64,000 bases of DNA, from assembly GCA_041694935.1 (NCBI GenBank), contig JBGFRW010000021.1, positions 22,171-86,170 on the forward strand, read 5' to 3'. This DNA comes from Pseudomonadota bacterium. Lineage in GTDB: Bacteria; Pseudomonadota; Gammaproteobacteria; Burkholderiales; Rhodocyclaceae. Position numbers and translations under genes: made by a program. The notes under the pieces were generated by a model. The model did no database searches and had not been told where the DNA came from. It was given only the letters and a program-made list of their open reading frames with translations. Below are positions 6,851 to 16,428 of the stretch, piece by piece. Position 1 is the stretch's first letter, and each line of letters starts with the position of its first letter.

Positions 6851-9283
6851 TCAGGCGCCTACGAGCTTTTCGTACTCTGCCAAGGGTAGCGGTTTGGCGT
6901 AGTGATAGCCCTGGGCGAAATGGCAGCCGAGTTGCCTGAGGAAGCCCGCCTGCTCGCGGGTTTCCACGCCTTCCGCCACCACCTGCAGATTGAGGGCGTG
7001 CGCCACCTGAATGATCGCGGTGACGATCTCTTCATCTTCGCGGGAGGCGCCGATATCGGCGACGAAGGAGCGGTCGACTTTCAGCAGGTGGATCGGCAGT
7101 CGTTTCAGATAGTTGAAGCTCGAATAGCCGGTGCCGAAGTCATCCACTGCGATGGTGACGCCGAGGGCAGCGATCCTGCCCAAAGCTTCGATCGCCAGTT
7201 CTGGGTTGGCCATCACAGTGGATTCAGTCACTTCGATTTGCAGTTGCTGGCCGTCGAGTCCGTGGCGGCCGAGAATTTCTTCCAGGCGGCGAGAAAACTC
7301 CGGGTCGTTGAGCTGGCGTGCCGAGACGTTGACGGCAACCGGCCCCTCGATCTTGCCGGCTTCTAGCCAACGACGCATCTGGGCACAGGCGGCATCGAGT
7401 ACCCAGTCGCCTATCGGCACGATCAGGCCGGTTTCTTCGGCGAGCGGAATAAAGCTGGCGGGCGACACCAGCCCGAATTCTGGATCGTGCCAGCGGATCA
7501 GCGCTTCCATGCCGCAGTAGCGTTCGTCTGCCAGGCATACTTTTGCTTGGTAGAACAGCTCGAACTCCTTCTGTTCGATGGCGCGGCGCAGGGCAGCCTC
7601 AAGGCGCAGACGGTGCTGAGCCCGTTCGTTCATGCCTGTATCGTAAAGGCGCAAGGTGCCGCGCCCGGCCTGCTTGGCGGCGTACATCGCGACGTCGGCG
7701 CAGCGCAGCAGCGTGGTGGCATCGTCGCCGTCCTCAGGGAAGAGGCTGATCCCGACGCTCGCGCCGACGTGCAGCGCATGTCCCTGGATTGCGAAGGGTG
7801 CAGAGATGTCGGCGATGACTTTCTCGGCGATATGCGCGGCATCGGCGCTATTGGCGATCGTGGCGAGGATCACGAATTCGTCGCCGCCCTGGCGCGAAAC
7901 GGTGTCTCCGGCCCGCACGCAGTGGGTGAGCCGCTGCGCAGCCTGGCGCAGCAGTTCGTCGCCGATAAAATGCCCGAGGCTGTCGTTGATCACCTTGAAT
8001 CGGTCGAGGTCGATGAACAATAGTGCGAGCCGCATCATGTCGCGCTTGGCGGCCTTGAGCGCATGCTCTAGGCGGTTCTGCAACAGCATGCGGTTCGGCA
8101 GCCCGGTCAGCGTGTCATGGTAAGCCTGATGGCGGATATGCTCGTCCTTCCGGCGTATTTCGGTGACATCGCTCATCACCGAAATGCGGCGGTACGGCTT
8201 CCCTTCAGGGTCATTGATCGTGGTGATGCTGGTCCATTGCAGGTAGGCCTCTCCGTTCTTGCGGCGGTTCCAGAGTTCACCGCGCCACTCCCCGCTGACA
8301 TCGAGTTTCGACCACATCTCACGATAGAACTGCTCGTCCTGATGATGCGAGCGTAATAGACGTGGCGACTGGCCGACTGCCTCTTTAGAAGAATAGCCGG
8401 TGATTTCCGTGAATGCAGGGTTCACCGAGAGGATCGTGCCGGCGGCATCGGTGATCATGATGCCCTCGAAGGTGTGGGCGAAGACGCCAGCGGCAAGCTC
8501 GAGTTCCTCTGCGTAGGCGCGTATCTGCTGCAGCGCGATCTCCTTGGCAGCCACGGCTTCGCTGAGCTGGTCATTGGCCTGGCGCAACGCATCCTTGCGC
8601 TGCTTCAGGCGGGTGCGCATCGCTTCGAAAGCCTGCGCCAATGTGTGGATCTCGTCGTCAGGGCTCGACGGATAGCGTGCGGCCAGGTTCAGCGGTTGAT
8701 CTAGGCCATCGCCAGTCATCTGTTGCGTGTGACGATGAATCTGGCTCAACGGCTCGGTGACCATGCGGCGCACGAGCATCAGCAGCAGGAGGGCGATGAG
8801 GGCGACCTTGATGCTGTTGAGGGCGAGGATGAAACCGAGGCGCTCCCAAGTGCGCTTCAGGGCTCCAGCATTGCTGGCGGCCACCTCGAGCGTTCCGATC
8901 CGCTGGCTGACGCCGCGGTACTCATACTCGACAGGGTAGCTGTGGGTCATCGCCCCGCGAGCGGGAGGCGTACCGCTGAGGGCGACGCGTGTGCCTTCCA
9001 CATGAATCGCGGCATACTCGAAGTCGGGAAGGGCATGGATACCATCCACAAGCACCTGCAACGCCTGACGGTCCATGACCCAGAGCCCCTGCTTGACGCT
9101 GGGCAGATAGGCGATCTCTATCTCGGCGAAGCGTCTTTCGATCTCGTCCATCTCGCGGTCGTATTCGAGATAGAGCTGCGCCGCGGTGATGAAGGCGGCG
9201 ATCAGGCCGCTCGCCAGCAGCGTGAGCATTACCAGCCGCCTGGCGAGGCGTCGTTCTCCTCCCATGGCGGCTTGCTGAGTCAT
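6851..9283 (-). CDS. Membrane sensor diguanylate cyclase/phosphodiesterase (periplasmic domain-HAMP-PAS-GGDEF-EAL)
   Basis: 810 aa with two hydrophobic segments flanking a ~130-aa periplasmic region. It has a PAS-like block (ITDAAGTILSVNPAFTEITGY), a GGDEF motif (RQGGDEFVIL) and an EAL motif (MEALIRW). Confidence 0.9.
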   Translation of the reverse strand: MTQQAAMGGERRLARRLVMLTLLASGLIAAFITAAQLYLEYDREMDEIERRFAEIEIAYLPSVKQGLWVMDRQALQVLVDGIHALPDFEYAAIHVEGTRVALSGTPPARGAMTHSYPVEYEYRGVSQRIGTLEVAASNAGALKRTWERLGFILALNSIKVALIALLLLMLVRRMVTEPLSQIHRHTQQMTGDGLDQPLNLAARYPSSPDDEIHTLAQAFEAMRTRLKQRKDALRQANDQLSEAVAAKEIALQQIRAYAEELELAAGVFAHTFEGIMITDAAGTILSVNPAFTEITGYSSKEAVGQSPRLLRSHHQDEQFYREMWSKLDVSGEWRGELWNRRKNGEAYLQWTSITTINDPEGKPYRRISVMSDVTEIRRKDEHIRHQAYHDTLTGLPNRMLLQNRLEHALKAAKRDMMRLALLFIDLDRFKVINDSLGHFIGDELLRQAAQRLTHCVRAGDTVSRQGGDEFVILATIANSADAAHIAEKVIADISAPFAIQGHALHVGASVGISLFPEDGDDATTLLRCADVAMYAAKQAGRGTLRLYDTGMNERAQHRLRLEAALRRAIEQKEFELFYQAKVCLADERYCGMEALIRWHDPEFGLVSPASFIPLAEETGLIVPIGDWVLDAACAQMRRWLEAGKIEGPVAVNVSARQLNDPEFSRRLEEILGRHGLDGQQLQIEVTESTVMANPELAIEALGRIAALGVTIAVDDFGTGYSSFNYLKRLPIHLLKVDRSFVADIGASREDEEIVTAIIQVAHALNLQVVAEGVETREQAGFLRQLGCHFAQGYHYAKPLPLAEYEKLVGA

Positions 9284-10017
9284 TTCTTCCCGTAGTCGAT
9301 GAGACTCTGGACGACGATGCGCTGGTAGGTACCGTCGGCCTTCATTGCCCGCAGCGCCCGCGCTGCCGGTTCGGCCAGATGCGCGTGCTTCTTGTGGAGA
9401 TACATGAACATTTCGGTGGTGGCGAGGGGAGGCTGCAGCATATGCGCCTTGATGCCGCGCGTGCGCAAGAGATGGTTGCCCTGCCAGCGCTCGAACAAGA
9501 CGATGTCGGCGCGGTCGTGCTCGAGCAGGGAGAAGAGTTGCTCGGCCCCCTGGACCTTGGTGGTCGGGGTCCCGGGGGGCATGCCGGCCTCGAAAATCTT
9601 CCAGCCGTTGATGTAGCCCACCTGATAGTCCTTCAGGGTATCGAAGCTGGTGGTGGCGAACTGCACTTTCGTCGCATAGGCGACGAATTCGTTGTCGATG
9701 ATCTTCTCGTCGATGCGAACAAGGTTCGGATAGATCTTTTCCAGGCCGCGGATGCGGAGCACGACTCCGTCGTCGACACCGTCGTTGGCATTGAGCATCG
9801 CCCTTTCGGAGGCCGCATACTGGATTCCCTCGGCGGTCACGCCGATGCGCCGGAAGACTTCGGGGACGAGCAGATCGATGAAACCTTTCTTGTCCGGCTG
9901 GAAGTAGGGGGCGCCTACGCCGCTATTGAGGCGCAACGTCTCGCCTTGGGACACGCCGGCGACGGCCAGCAGGAAAGACAGTAGCCCGATCCTCAGCCAT
10001 TGCCCGGCATGTGCCAT
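9280..10017 (-). CDS. Periplasmic substrate-binding protein (family-3 / amino-acid-type SBP fold)
   Basis: 245 aa with a signal peptide (LLSFLLAVAGVSQG). Its stop overlaps the start of the downstream GGDEF/EAL gene (ATGA at 9280-9283). Confidence 0.7.
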   Translation of the reverse strand: MAHAGQWLRIGLLSFLLAVAGVSQGETLRLNSGVGAPYFQPDKKGFIDLLVPEVFRRIGVTAEGIQYAASERAMLNANDGVDDGVVLRIRGLEKIYPNLVRIDEKIIDNEFVAYATKVQFATTSFDTLKDYQVGYINGWKIFEAGMPPGTPTTKVQGAEQLFSLLEHDRADIVLFERWQGNHLLRTRGIKAHMLQPPLATTEMFMYLHKKHAHLAEPAARALRAMKADGTYQRIVVQSLIDYGKK

Positions 10018-10020
10018 CGT

Positions 10021-11436
10021 TCAGCTCTCCTTGGGTTTTGCGGCTTTCTTGTTGGCGGTCTTGTTCGCCGCCGTGCGGTTGATTCTAGGCGAAGTTTTCG
10101 CAGTCTTTTTCGTTGTAACCCCTTTTTTGTAGGTTTGCCCTTTCTTGGTCGCCAGCTTGGCCGGCGGTTCCTTGGGCAGGGCGCGCGCCATCAGGTCGGG
10201 ATTCGCCGCACTGCCCGGTTTCGGCACGAGCAGGTTGAAGCCGGGGCCGACCTTGACGTTGCGGGTAATGCCATTGATCTGCTGGAGACGCACAGTGCTG
10301 ATCTTATATTTCGCGGCAACCTTGGCTAGGGTGTCGCCACGTTTCATGCGGTAGGTCTCCCAGTTCGAGAGCGGCCGATCTTCCGCTTCGTAGCGTTCGA
10401 GATTGGCAAGGAACGTGTCGACCTTATCGGCCGGCAGCACCAGCGGCCCGGCCTGGTTGCCGTTGATTACCGGTCGATGGTAGGCGGGATTGAGCGAGAC
10501 GAACTCCTCGACGCTGATGTTTGCCAGTCGAGCCGCGACAGCGACGTCGATGCGCTCCGGCTTCATTACGGTCTCGAAGTAGGGCTGGTTGGGAATTGCC
10601 GCAAGATGGAAACCGAAGAATTCCGGATGGGCGATGATGTTTTTCAGCGCCTGCAGCTTCGGAACGTAGTAGCGTGTCTCGGCGGGCATCGTCAGGCTGG
10701 CGTAGTCAGTCGGCAGTCCCTTGGACTGGTTCTTCGCGATCGCGCGTGCAACCGCGTGTTCGCCCCAGTTGTACGAGGCCAGCGCGAGGTGCCAGTCGCC
10801 GTGCATCTCGTAGATGTTTTGCAGATAGGTGAGTGCGGCATCGGTCGAGGCGATGATGTCGCGGCGTTCGTCCACCCACCAGTTCTGGTCCAGCTTGTAG
10901 TTCTTGCCGGTGGACGGAATGAACTGCCAGATGCCCATTGCCCGTGCGCTCGACAAGGCCATCGGGTTGAAGGCGCTCTCGACCATCGGCAGCAGGGCGA
11001 GTTCGGTGGGCATGCCGCGCTTCTCGAGTTCGCCGACGATGTGGTAGAGGTAGCGGCCGCTGCGCTCGAAAATGCGGCGCAGCATGTCGGGCCGGTTCAA
11101 GTACCAGGACTGGCGGTCGGCGACCAATGGATCGTGCAGGTCGGACATGCCGAAACCGTTGCGGATGCGCTGCCAAAGATTGTCCGGCGGCACAGTGAGA
11201 TCGAGGAGCGGCGGCGCGTTCTTCTCCCGGATCGACTGAAGGGGTGCGGCGAGCGCAGGCAGGGAAACCCCTGCCGTATCCGCACCTGCGGCTGCCTGCT
11301 TCACCGAGGCAGCCGCAGGTGTAGCAGCGGCCGGAAAGTCGGTTGGCGACCGATCCACGGGTACGGTCGAGCAGGCTGCCGTGACGCCGAGAAGTGCGAA
11401 AGCGGACAGCAGCCGAATACGGGCAAGGAGGCTCAT
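10021..11436 (-). CDS. mltD: Membrane-bound lytic murein transglycosylase D-like lipoprotein with LysM domains
   Basis: Start chosen at MSLLARIRLLSAFALLGVTAACS (lipobox). SLT catalytic block ELALLPMVESAFNPMALSSARAMGIWQFIPSTG. C-terminal LysM repeats (RGDTLAKVAAKYKISTVRLQQINGI) and a Lys-rich tail. Confidence 0.85.
   Translation of the reverse strand: MSLLARIRLLSAFALLGVTAACSTVPVDRSPTDFPAAATPAAASVKQAAAGADTAGVSLPALAAPLQSIREKNAPPLLDLTVPPDNLWQRIRNGFGMSDLHDPLVADRQSWYLNRPDMLRRIFERSGRYLYHIVGELEKRGMPTELALLPMVESAFNPMALSSARAMGIWQFIPSTGKNYKLDQNWWVDERRDIIASTDAALTYLQNIYEMHGDWHLALASYNWGEHAVARAIAKNQSKGLPTDYASLTMPAETRYYVPKLQALKNIIAHPEFFGFHLAAIPNQPYFETVMKPERIDVAVAARLANISVEEFVSLNPAYHRPVINGNQAGPLVLPADKVDTFLANLERYEAEDRPLSNWETYRMKRGDTLAKVAAKYKISTVRLQQINGITRNVKVGPGFNLLVPKPGSAANPDLMARALPKEPPAKLATKKGQTYKKGVTTKKTAKTSPRINRTAANKTANKKAAKPKES
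11333..11366 (+). repeat. Possible degenerate repeat copy l (antisense within mltD; read as PTDFPAA)
   Basis: GGAAAGTCGGTTGGCGACCGATCCACGGGTACGG resembles variant c (GGAAAAATAGTCGGCGCTGGCGACACGGTACGG) but has substitutions and a ~6-nt insertion. Confidence 0.3.
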
Positions 11437-11577
11437 GGGGAGTGCGACGGGGCAGAAACGGTGAAGTTTACGGGAGCATGCCCGGGAAAGCCAGCCGTTG
11501 CCCGGCCAAACATGGATCGGATTCATGTCTTGATCGGGAGTTTGCGGAAATCCACAATGGCGTTTGGTGAGTCGAAA

Positions 11578-11591
11578 GGAATAGCCTTTGC
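11578..11591 (+). promoter_or_regulatory. Candidate sigma-54 (-24/-12) promoter for dctPQM
   Basis: AGGAATAGCCTTTGCTT has GG (11578-79) and GC (11590-91) separated by exactly 10 nt, as in TGGCAC-N5-TTGCW. The -24 half is a weak match. Confidence 0.25.
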
Positions 11592-11643
11592 TTGTAGACG
11601 CACCCGGCGGGTGCATGTTTTTATTCCAACAGGAGGGGATCCA

Positions 11644-12648
11644 ATGAAATTTCGTACGCTCATGATCGGTCTGGCCGCCGCCACCTTCTCGCTGTCAGCG
11701 TTTGCCGACCAGCCGATCGTCATCAAGTTCAGCCATGTCGTCGCCAGCGACACGCCCAAGGGCAAGGCCGCCGAGTTTTTCAAGCAGAAGGCCGAAGAGT
11801 TCACCAAGGGCAAGGTCAAGGTCGAGGTGTACGCCAACAGCACCCTCTACAAGGACAAGGAAGAGATGGAGGCGCTGCAACTCGGTGCCGTGCAGATGCT
11901 CGCTCCCTCGCTGGCGAAGTTTGGGCCGCTTGGTGTCAAGCAGTTCGAGCTGTTCGATCTCCCCTTCATCTTCGACAACTACGAAGAGCTGCACCGTGTG
12001 ACGCAGGGACCGGTCGGCAAGTCGCTGCTGAAGATGCTTGAGAATAAAGGCATCCTGGGACTCTCTTACTGGGACAACGGCTTCAAGGTGATGAGCGCCA
12101 ACAAGCCCCTGCGTATGCCGGAAGATTTCAAGGGCCAGAAGATGCGCATCCAGTCGTCCAACGTACTGGATGCGCAGATGCGCGCGCTCGGCTCGCTACC
12201 GCAGAAGATGGCCTTCTCGGAGGTCTACCAGGCGCTGCAGACCGGTGTGGTCGATGGCACCGAGAACCCGCCTTCCAACCTGTATACCCAGAAGATGCAT
12301 GAGGTGCAGAAGTACGTCACCTTGTCCGACCACGGCTACCTCGGCTATGCGGTGATCGTGAACAAGAAGTTCTGGGATGGTTTACCCGCCGACATTCGCC
12401 AGCAGCTCGAGAGCGCGCTGGAGCAGGCGACGCGCTACGCCAACCAGATCGCCAAGGTCGAAAACGACAACGCGCTGGCCGAGGTGAAGAAGTCCGGCAA
12501 GAGCGAGATCATCGCCCTGAATGCAGAGCAGAAGAAGGCCTGGAAGAAGGCGCTGGTCAAGGTGCATGAGCAGATGGGCGACCGCATCGGCAAGGATTTG
12601 ATCCAGTCGATCTACAAAGAGACCGGCTTCGACCCGGCCAAACTCTAA
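11644..12648 (+). CDS. dctP: TRAP transporter substrate-binding protein DctP
   Basis: ATG 11644 is preceded by AGGAGG (11631-36). Signal peptide MKFRTLMIGLAAATFSLSAFA. DctP-family sequence throughout. The 10477 ORF start is an artefact that runs antisense through mltD. Confidence 0.9.
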   Translation: MKFRTLMIGLAAATFSLSAFADQPIVIKFSHVVASDTPKGKAAEFFKQKAEEFTKGKVKVEVYANSTLYKDKEEMEALQLGAVQMLAPSLAKFGPLGVKQFELFDLPFIFDNYEELHRVTQGPVGKSLLKMLENKGILGLSYWDNGFKVMSANKPLRMPEDFKGQKMRIQSSNVLDAQMRALGSLPQKMAFSEVYQALQTGVVDGTENPPSNLYTQKMHEVQKYVTLSDHGYLGYAVIVNKKFWDGLPADIRQQLESALEQATRYANQIAKVENDNALAEVKKSGKSEIIALNAEQKKAWKKALVKVHEQMGDRIGKDLIQSIYKETGFDPAKL

Positions 12649-12658
12649 GAAAAACCCG

Positions 12659-12678
12659 CGGGGAGCTTCGGCTCCCCG
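12659..12678 (+). other. Intercistronic stem-loop between dctP and dctQ
   Basis: CGGGGAGC-TTCG-GCTCCCCG is a perfect 8-bp stem with a UUCG tetraloop, followed by ACTTCTTTC. It is a likely mRNA-stabilising or partial terminator element. Confidence 0.6.
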
Positions 12679-12700
12679 ACTTCTTTCAGGGGTGAGCCCC

Positions 12701-13396
12701 ATGAAAATTCTCGATCATCTTGAGGAATGGCTGATTACCTTCCTCATGGGCGCGGCGACGCTGATCATCTTCGTCTCCGTACTCCATCGCTATGCCTCCG
12801 GATACGCGATTCCCGGCCTGCAGGACTGGCTGATCAGCCTGAATGTTTCCTGGGCGCAGGAGTTGTGCATCATCATGTTCGTCTGGATGGCGAAATTCGG
12901 TGCCGCCTATGGCGTGCGCACCGGTATCCACGTCGGCGTCGATGTGCTGATCAACCGCCTGGAAGACCGGACGCGCGGCAAGTTCATCGTTTTCGGCCTG
13001 CTGGCCGGCGCCTTGTTCACCGGCATCGTCGGCTCGCTGGGCGCTCATTTCGTCTGGGAAAACGGCGCCCATTACAGCATCTTCAAGTTCCTCGGTATCG
13101 ATACCGGCGATCTGTACGAGGGGCCGACCACGCCCGATCTCGAATGGCCGACCTGGATCGTCTATTCGGCGATCCCGCTGGGTTCGTTCCTGATGTGCTT
13201 CCGCTTCCTGCAGGTCACGGTGGGATTCATCCGCAGCGGCGAACTGCCGCACCATGATCATGGCCACGTCGATGGCATCGAGGAAGAGAAAGTGCCTGTG
13301 GATACCAACCCCTATGGTATGGACGACAACCTGCATCCCCACGACATTAAGCACCATCGCATCGTGGAGCGCGAGCGGACGGGAGATGGCAAATGA
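12701..13396 (+). CDS. dctQ: TRAP transporter small permease DctQ (with His-rich C-terminal tail)
   Basis: Four hydrophobic segments in the position between dctP and dctM. The start may be ATG 12701 (MKILDHLEEW) or GTG 12692. Confidence 0.8.
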   Translation: MKILDHLEEWLITFLMGAATLIIFVSVLHRYASGYAIPGLQDWLISLNVSWAQELCIIMFVWMAKFGAAYGVRTGIHVGVDVLINRLEDRTRGKFIVFGLLAGALFTGIVGSLGAHFVWENGAHYSIFKFLGIDTGDLYEGPTTPDLEWPTWIVYSAIPLGSFLMCFRFLQVTVGFIRSGELPHHDHGHVDGIEEEKVPVDTNPYGMDDNLHPHDIKHHRIVERERTGDGK

Positions 13397-14676
13397 GCGC
13401 GGCGATCATTTTCCTCCTGCTCGCCCTGCTGATGTTGACCGGCATGCCGGTGTCCATCTCGCTCGGCCTTACCGTGCTGACTTTCCTGTTCGCCTTTACC
13501 GAGGTGCCTCTCGAATCGGTGGCGCTTAAGCTGTTTACTGGCATCGAGAAGTTCGAGATCATGGCGATCCCGTTCTTCATCCTCGCCGGCAACTTCCTGA
13601 CTCACGGTGGCGTGGCGCGGCGAATGATCAATTTTGCCACCTCGATGGTCGGGCATTTCCGCGGCGGCCTGGGTATGAGTTCGGTGTTCGCCTGCGCGCT
13701 GTTCGCGGCGGTGTCTGGTTCCAGCCCAGCGACCGTGGTGGCGATCGGCTCGATCATGCTCCCGGCGATGATGAAGGCCGGCTATCCGAAGCCCTTTGGT
13801 ATCGGTGTGGTTGCCTCTTCGGGCGGCATGGGCATATTGATCCCGCCATCGATCGTCATGGTGATGTATGCCGTATCGACCAACAGTTCGATCGGCGCAT
13901 TGTTCATGGCGGGGGTCATCCCCGGCCTGTTGCTAGCGTTCATGCTCGGCATGACGACTTGGTGGCAGGCGCACAAGGGCGGCTACCCGCGAGAGCGTCC
14001 TCATTCATGGAGCGAGCGTTGGCAGGCCTTCCGCAAGTCGGTCTGGGGGCTGCTGCTGATCATCGTTGTCATCGGCGGTATCTACAGCGGATTGTTTACG
14101 CCCACCGAGGCGGCGGCGATGAGCGCGGTCTACGCCTTCGTCATCGCGGTATTCGTGTACAAGGACTTGAAAGTCTCCGATGTGCCGAAGGTGCTGCTCA
14201 ACTCCGCGAACATGAGCGCGATGCTGCTTTACATCATCACCAATGCGGTACTGTTCTCGTTCATCCTGACCAACGAGCAGATTCCGCAGAGTATCGCCCA
14301 GTGGATTCTCGATTCCGGCATGGGCATGATCGGCTTCTTGGTTGCGGTCAACATTCTGCTGCTGATCATGGGCAGCTTCATGGAGCCCTCGTCGATCATC
14401 CTGATCACCGCGCCGATCCTATTCCCGATTGCCATGAAGCTGGGCATCGACCCGATTCATTTTGGCATCATGATCACTGTGAACATGGAAATCGGCATGA
14501 TCACGCCACCGGTGGGCCTGAACCTCTACGTCGCCAGCGGTATCGGCAAGATGGGCCTGACGGATTGCTCCAAGGCGGTTTGGCCGTGGCTGCTCACGAT
14601 GCTGGTCTTCCTGATGCTGATCACCTACGTGCCCGTGATCACCACTTGGCTGCCAAGAACGCTGGGAATGATGTAG
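13393..14676 (+). CDS. dctM: TRAP transporter large permease DctM
   Basis: 427-aa polytopic membrane protein, DctM-like throughout. ATGA overlap with dctQ. Confidence 0.9.
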   Translation: MSAAIIFLLLALLMLTGMPVSISLGLTVLTFLFAFTEVPLESVALKLFTGIEKFEIMAIPFFILAGNFLTHGGVARRMINFATSMVGHFRGGLGMSSVFACALFAAVSGSSPATVVAIGSIMLPAMMKAGYPKPFGIGVVASSGGMGILIPPSIVMVMYAVSTNSSIGALFMAGVIPGLLLAFMLGMTTWWQAHKGGYPRERPHSWSERWQAFRKSVWGLLLIIVVIGGIYSGLFTPTEAAAMSAVYAFVIAVFVYKDLKVSDVPKVLLNSANMSAMLLYIITNAVLFSFILTNEQIPQSIAQWILDSGMGMIGFLVAVNILLLIMGSFMEPSSIILITAPILFPIAMKLGIDPIHFGIMITVNMEIGMITPPVGLNLYVASGIGKMGLTDCSKAVWPWLLTMLVFLMLITYVPVITTWLPRTLGMM

Positions 14677-14704
14677 CGCCTAGACATTCGGTATTTCCTC
14701 ATCG

Positions 14705-14734
14705 AAAGCCCGGCTTCGGCCGGGCTTTTTTCTT
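14705..14734 (+). terminator. Rho-independent terminator after dctM
   Basis: AAAGCCCGGC-TTCG-GCCGGGCTTT followed by TTTTCTT. Confidence 0.75.
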
Positions 14735-14826
14735 CCAGCCGCGGGCGGGGGACGGCCATTCTGCGATAAAATCGCCAGTCCTTTGTTTTACTTATCAATC
14801 TGCTGCAGAAAAGAAAGGCTGAAAGA

Positions 14827-15255
14827 ATGGCAATTGAGCGCACCCTGTCGATCATCAAACCCGATGCCGTGGCTAAGAACGTGATCGGCCAGATTTATTC
14901 CCGTTTCGAGAATGCCGGTCTCAAGATCGTCGCCTCCCGCATGGCCTGGCTGTCCGAGCGCGAAGCCGGCGGCTTTTACGCCGTGCACAAGGAGCGTCCC
15001 TTCTTCAAGGATCTGGTCCAGTTCATGACCTCTGGTCCGGTGATGATTCAGGTGCTCGAGGGTGAGAACGCCATCGCCAAGAATCGCGAGCTGATGGGTG
15101 CCACCGATCCGAAGAAGGCCGACAAGGGCACCATTCGCGCCGACTTCGCCGAAAGCATCGACGCCAACGCAGTGCATGGCTCCGATGGTCCCGACACCGC
15201 TAAGGTCGAGGTCGCCTACTTCTTTCCGGAACTGAACGTTTTTTCCGGTCGTTGA
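14827..15255 (+). CDS. ndk: Nucleoside diphosphate kinase
   Basis: 142 aa: [15 protein letters not shown]...NAVHGSD (active-site His context). Confidence 0.95.
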   Translation: MAIERTLSIIKPDAVAKNVIGQIYSRFENAGLKIVASRMAWLSEREAGGFYAVHKERPFFKDLVQFMTSGPVMIQVLEGENAIAKNRELMGATDPKKADKGTIRADFAESIDANAVHGSDGPDTAKVEVAYFFPELNVFSGR

Positions 15256-15267
15256 TCTGAAGCCTGC

Positions 15268-16428
15268 ATGACGCGCATTGGTACGCTCACGAATCTGCTC
15301 GATTTCGATGCTGCCAGCCTGACCACTTGGTTCGCGGAGAAGGGTGAGAAGCCTTTCCGCGCGCGCCAGGTGCTGCGCTGGATGCACCGCTTCGGTGTCG
15401 ATGACTTCGGGCAGATGACCGACGTCGCCAAGTCCCTGCGCGCAAAGCTGACGGCGGAAGCGGAAATCTGCGGCCCTGTGCCGCTGCGCGACTCGACTGC
15501 CAACGACGGCACACGCAAGTGGTTGTTTGGTGTGGATCGCGAGGCAGGTGGCAGCAACGCTGTCGAGACGGTGTTCATTCCCGAGGCGAGCCGCGGCACA
15601 CTGTGCGTTTCCAGCCAAGTTGGCTGCGCGCTCGAGTGCTCGTTCTGCTCGACCGGCAAGCAGGGCTTCAACCGCAACCTGACGACGGCCGAGATTATCG
15701 GCCAGCTCTGGCATGCGAATCGGATGCTCGGGGCGGTGAAGCAGCCCGGCGTCGGGGATTCCGGTGAGCGAGTCATCAGCAACGTCGTGTTGATGGGCAT
15801 GGGAGAGCCCCTTGCCAATTACGATAACGTCGTCGCAGCGCTCAAGCTGATGCTCGACGACAACGCGTATGGCCTGTCGCGGCGGCGCGTCACGGTGTCG
15901 ACCGCTGGCATGGTGCCGGCGATGGATCGGTTGCGCCAGGACGTACCGGTTGCGCTTGCAGTTTCGCTACATGCCCCCACCGATGTGCTACGCGACGAGT
16001 TGGTGCCGCTCAACCGCAAGTATCCGCTCAAGGAACTGATGGCCGCCTGCCGACGCTACCTGGAAAGCGCCCCGCGCGATTTCATCACCTTCGAATATGT
16101 GCTGCTCGCCGGCATCAACGACAGCGATGCCGATGCGCGCGCCTTGATTGCCTTGGTGAGCGACGTGCCGTGCAAGTTGAACTTGATTCCCTTCAACCCG
16201 TTCCCGGGTTCCGGCTACCGCCGCCCTTCCGCGGAGCGGGTGCGTCGTTTTCAGGAAATCCTGATGGCGGCGGATATCGTGACGACCGTCAGGAAGACCC
16301 GCGGAGACGATATCGATGCAGCCTGCGGCCAACTGGCCGGGCAGGTCAAGGATCGTTCGAAACGGCAGGCTGCTGATCCTGCCGCATCTCGTAAAGTCGA
16401 ATTCATGCCAATGGAGGTGCGTGCGTGA
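15268..16428 (+). CDS. rlmN: 23S rRNA/tRNA (adenine-C2)-methyltransferase, radical SAM
   Basis: 386 aa with radical-SAM CxxxCxxC ([11 protein letters not shown]). Lies in the ndk-rlmN synteny. Confidence 0.9.
   Translation: MTRIGTLTNLLDFDAASLTTWFAEKGEKPFRARQVLRWMHRFGVDDFGQMTDVAKSLRAKLTAEAEICGPVPLRDSTANDGTRKWLFGVDREAGGSNAVETVFIPEASRGTLCVSSQVGCALECSFCSTGKQGFNRNLTTAEIIGQLWHANRMLGAVKQPGVGDSGERVISNVVLMGMGEPLANYDNVVAALKLMLDDNAYGLSRRRVTVSTAGMVPAMDRLRQDVPVALAVSLHAPTDVLRDELVPLNRKYPLKELMAACRRYLESAPRDFITFEYVLLAGINDSDADARALIALVSDVPCKLNLIPFNPFPGSGYRRPSAERVRRFQEILMAADIVTTVRKTRGDDIDAACGQLAGQVKDRSKRQAADPAASRKVEFMPMEVRA

Noticed and set aside
10477-11643. 5' extensions of ORFs in the track. Examples are 10477 for dctP, 2448 and 2750 for the permeases, 19116 for hisS, 23997 for the CBS gene, 27454..28761 upper part, 42428 for trpA, and 39838 for truA.
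   Set aside because: - The extended parts overlap neighbouring real genes or intergenic DNA.
- They lack family-typical sequence.
- Internal starts with Shine-Dalgarno sites and canonical N-termini exist.
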